This document shows, piece after piece, positions 34,420 to 36,513 of a DNA stretch of 36,513 bases. The DNA lies in the IMG/VR virus record IMGVR_UViG_3300049844_000214, positions 1 through 36,513 of that record, one strand, 5' to 3'. Under the pieces are notes generated by a model. The model made no database searches, had not been told where the DNA came from, and saw only the letters and a program-made list of their open reading frames with translations. Within the stretch, counting starts at the first letter, position 1; every line of letters begins with the position of its first letter. This stretch comes from a virus. Lineage: Duplodnaviria; Caudoviricetes. Position numbers and translations under genes: made by a program.

Positions 34420-35255
34420 CGTCTGACGACCGTTCTCTCAAACCGCGTCTCAAACGAGTCGAGTAGCGTGTTCTGGTTACGGTCAATGTATCCAACTCCG
34501 ACGTTAAGAGCCGCCTTATAAGCTTTACCGGCTTCGGTCTTCTGTTCAACCCAGTCCTTACCGAACGCCGTGTAGATTATCTCTGCCGTCTTATGAACTA
34601 CGGCCTCAACGAATACAGCGCCATCTAGTAAAAGATCAGGGGTCACGATCTTTTGATCTAGCTTAAGGTCTCTCACAGTGATCTCGGTCGCCCAAGTGAG
34701 TTGATCATCCCATGACGTCTTACCAGTCTCGAAATCCGTCTTTGTGCTAGCCAGAATAAGCTCAGGGTAAAAAGATCCAAGCTCGCCCTCATTAGCGAAT
34801 CTGTGGCCAACGTATTTCAATACACATCCGGGCGTGAAGTCTGCCGAAAACACGAGCTTTGCCCAATATAGGCCATAGATATTAAGACTTGTTAATCCTG
34901 TAATCTCGCTCGTATCTTGATTAACCCAGATAGCGTTCTTGTTTTTTCTCCAAGTGATCGTACCGTTCTGGCCAAACGTAGCGCCTGTGAGTTTAGTCCC
35001 GTCAATAACATCAACCGCAGCCGTCCAAGTTGAGCTATCCCACAAGTATACGCTTACTGTAGAGGCTAAAGCATTTACGGTACCGATAGAAAAATAACGG
35101 CTAGAAAATGGGTAGATTGAACCAATATATAAGGCGTCCTGAGCTGCTACTATCGGTAGTGACGACGTCCCTGAAACGATATCATTTAGTGGTAAAGAGA
35201 GATCAATCAAAGAGCCGTTATCAGAGTGAATGATTCTATTGGTGACAATACTCAT
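34416..35255 (-). CDS. Putative head-tail adaptor with N-terminal beta domain
   Basis: Position; helical C-terminal domain. Confidence 0.5.
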   Translation of the reverse strand: MSIVTNRIIHSDNGSLIDLSLPLNDIVSGTSSLPIVAAQDALYIGSIYPFSSRYFSIGTVNALASTVSVYLWDSSTWTAAVDVIDGTKLTGATFGQNGTITWRKNKNAIWVNQDTSEITGLTSLNIYGLYWAKLVFSADFTPGCVLKYVGHRFANEGELGSFYPELILASTKTDFETGKTSWDDQLTWATEITVRDLKLDQKIVTPDLLLDGAVFVEAVVHKTAEIIYTAFGKDWVEQKTEAGKAYKAALNVGVGYIDRNQNTLLDSFETRFERTVVRR

Positions 35256-35794
35256 TTTACAAACACCCTTTCAAAATCAGGACTATTTGAAACTATTTGG
35301 TATAACTCTTCGGTATCAATAGATTCAGGATCAATCCCCTCAACACCTCTAATAGGAATATTCCGTAAACCGTATAGAACAACGCCATTGCAAACGACTC
35401 CTTGACGTATGAAATTAGGTATTCTTATTCCTAGTCTCATTAGTATGCGACGTAAACCAAGACTTACTAACTGAAACCATCCGTATGACGTGCCTATCTG
35501 ATTCATGCACTCCATTGCCGACTTAATCTTTTGCTCGTGCCTTCCTTTTTTAGGTCTAAATACCTCTAGGTTTACATTCTCATCGTCTATGTATTTCTTT
35601 AGAGGACTAATAACGACCTCGTATTCCGTCGTTTCACATATATAAGTAGCAAGTACGCCTGACTCTATAATTATAAACGAATGAGACCATTTTGATCCCA
35701 TGAGCCATGCAATAATTCTGGCAACTAACCAGTTTTTTTGCATTAAAAAGCCTACGTCTGAAGTCTCTAGCTGCATTATTCTTTCGTGCCCCAA
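35252..35794 (-). CDS. Permuted papain-like (NlpC/P60, YiiX-like) enzyme
   Basis: SKWSH (His) precedes G.SY and VVCNGVV (Cys), the permuted catalytic order. Confidence 0.75.
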   Translation of the reverse strand: MGHERIMQLETSDVGFLMQKNWLVARIIAWLMGSKWSHSFIIIESGVLATYICETTEYEVVISPLKKYIDDENVNLEVFRPKKGRHEQKIKSAMECMNQIGTSYGWFQLVSLGLRRILMRLGIRIPNFIRQGVVCNGVVLYGLRNIPIRGVEGIDPESIDTEELYQIVSNSPDFERVFVK

Positions 35795-36204
35795 ATGATA
35801 TTACATCTAAAGGTATCTGAAGATAGATCACCCTTGGTTGCTATAACCTTTAAATAAAGCCCGCCAGTCAAGTGCCCTAATCCTCCAAGAGCACCAACCG
35901 CTAACACACCACTCGGAGGTATAAACCAACCAATATTTGACTGATCGACATCTGTGTCTGTGTAACTACCTACAACGGTTCCGACTCCATATCCTAGAAT
36001 GTCGTCCTCATCGCTCAAATAAATCTGAACGAAGTCATCAGCGTGGTGATTATTAAAATAAGCGTGACCGCCTTCAATAATTCTAGCCGCAAACTCGCCT
36101 ACTTCGCCCGGCACTTTCAATAAAACAGTTGCTACACCATCGGTTGTTACTTGTTTTATTTTACAAATCTTAAGAGTAGCGCGATCAGGGACAATAATGC
36201 TCAT
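35776..36204 (-). CDS. Putative virion protein
   Basis: Coupled ORF in the structural operon. Confidence 0.6.
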   Translation of the reverse strand: MSIIVPDRATLKICKIKQVTTDGVATVLLKVPGEVGEFAARIIEGGHAYFNNHHADDFVQIYLSDEDDILGYGVGTVVGSYTDTDVDQSNIGWFIPPSGVLAVGALGGLGHLTGGLYLKVIATKGDLSSDTFRCNIIWGTKE

Positions 36205-36513
36205 GGTGTTTTCTCAAACCCCTTTGCTCTAAAGTTTAATCTTGTACCGACTGACGTTAGATTGTCTTGCACTCTTATTCTTATATAGTCGTCGTTACCG
36301 GCTCCAAAAGAGCCAGCTATTTTTAATGTAAACGGGTTATCAAAAGCAAGAATCGCAAGCATCTCATCGGCTCCGGCCTGAATATCAATTCTAAAGTTAC
36401 CACCATCACCAGAGAGTGCTGCCCATTTATTTTTAAAGTCCTCTGTTCTTTTAATTACAGGGAATGTTGTAAGCGTATTATTCGACTTGATCTGAATTTG
36501 TAGCCCGTTAGTC
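36201..36513 (-). CDS. 3' part of the origin-spanning structural gene
   Basis: Same frame as 1-978 (...GGNFRIDIQAGADEMLAILAFDNPF...FEKTP*). The stop overlaps the ATG of 35776..36204. Confidence 0.85.
   Translation of the reverse strand, partial: TNGLQIQIKSNNTLTTFPVIKRTEDFKNKWAALSGDGGNFRIDIQAGADEMLAILAFDNPFTLKIAGSFGAGNDDYIRIRVQDNLTSVGTRLNFRAKGFEKTP
36387..36513. repeat. Terminal direct repeat, right copy
   Basis: Identical to 1-127. A 127-nt overlap is typical of an assembler k-mer. Confidence 0.97.

Overview
The window is a complete, circularly assembled tailed-phage genome of about 36.4 kb: positions 1-127 repeat exactly at 36387-36513, and one gene runs through that junction. It looks like a siphovirus. 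The minus strand carries the virion genes (terS, terL, portal, scaffold, major capsid, tail tube, a chaperone with a lambda-type GGGAAAG frameshift, tape measure, tail tip and fibre) and a lysis cassette interrupted by an HNH gene. There is a lambda-O-like replication initiator with internal iterons, a plus-strand early block (SSB-like gene, HTH, tRNA-like RNAs) and a lipoprotein/glycan-enzyme cassette. No integrase was recognised. The main finding is a solitary Cas7/RAMP-fold gene (14326-14904) with no CRISPR array. It is flanked by two non-coding tracts with strict 5-nt periodicity, (NN + NGT-like triplet)n, and three more such tracts lie elsewhere (10246, 11486, 15886). The variable dinucleotides of the 15886 tract (TC AA TA TT AC TT AA TC GG) match exactly, in a two-match/one-skip pattern, the phage's own SSB-like gene at 16011-16037. 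This is direct in-sequence evidence for a gapped, non-contiguous RNA-guide code (VIPR-like, recalled from memory). All functional calls come from reading motifs by eye; no database searches were run.
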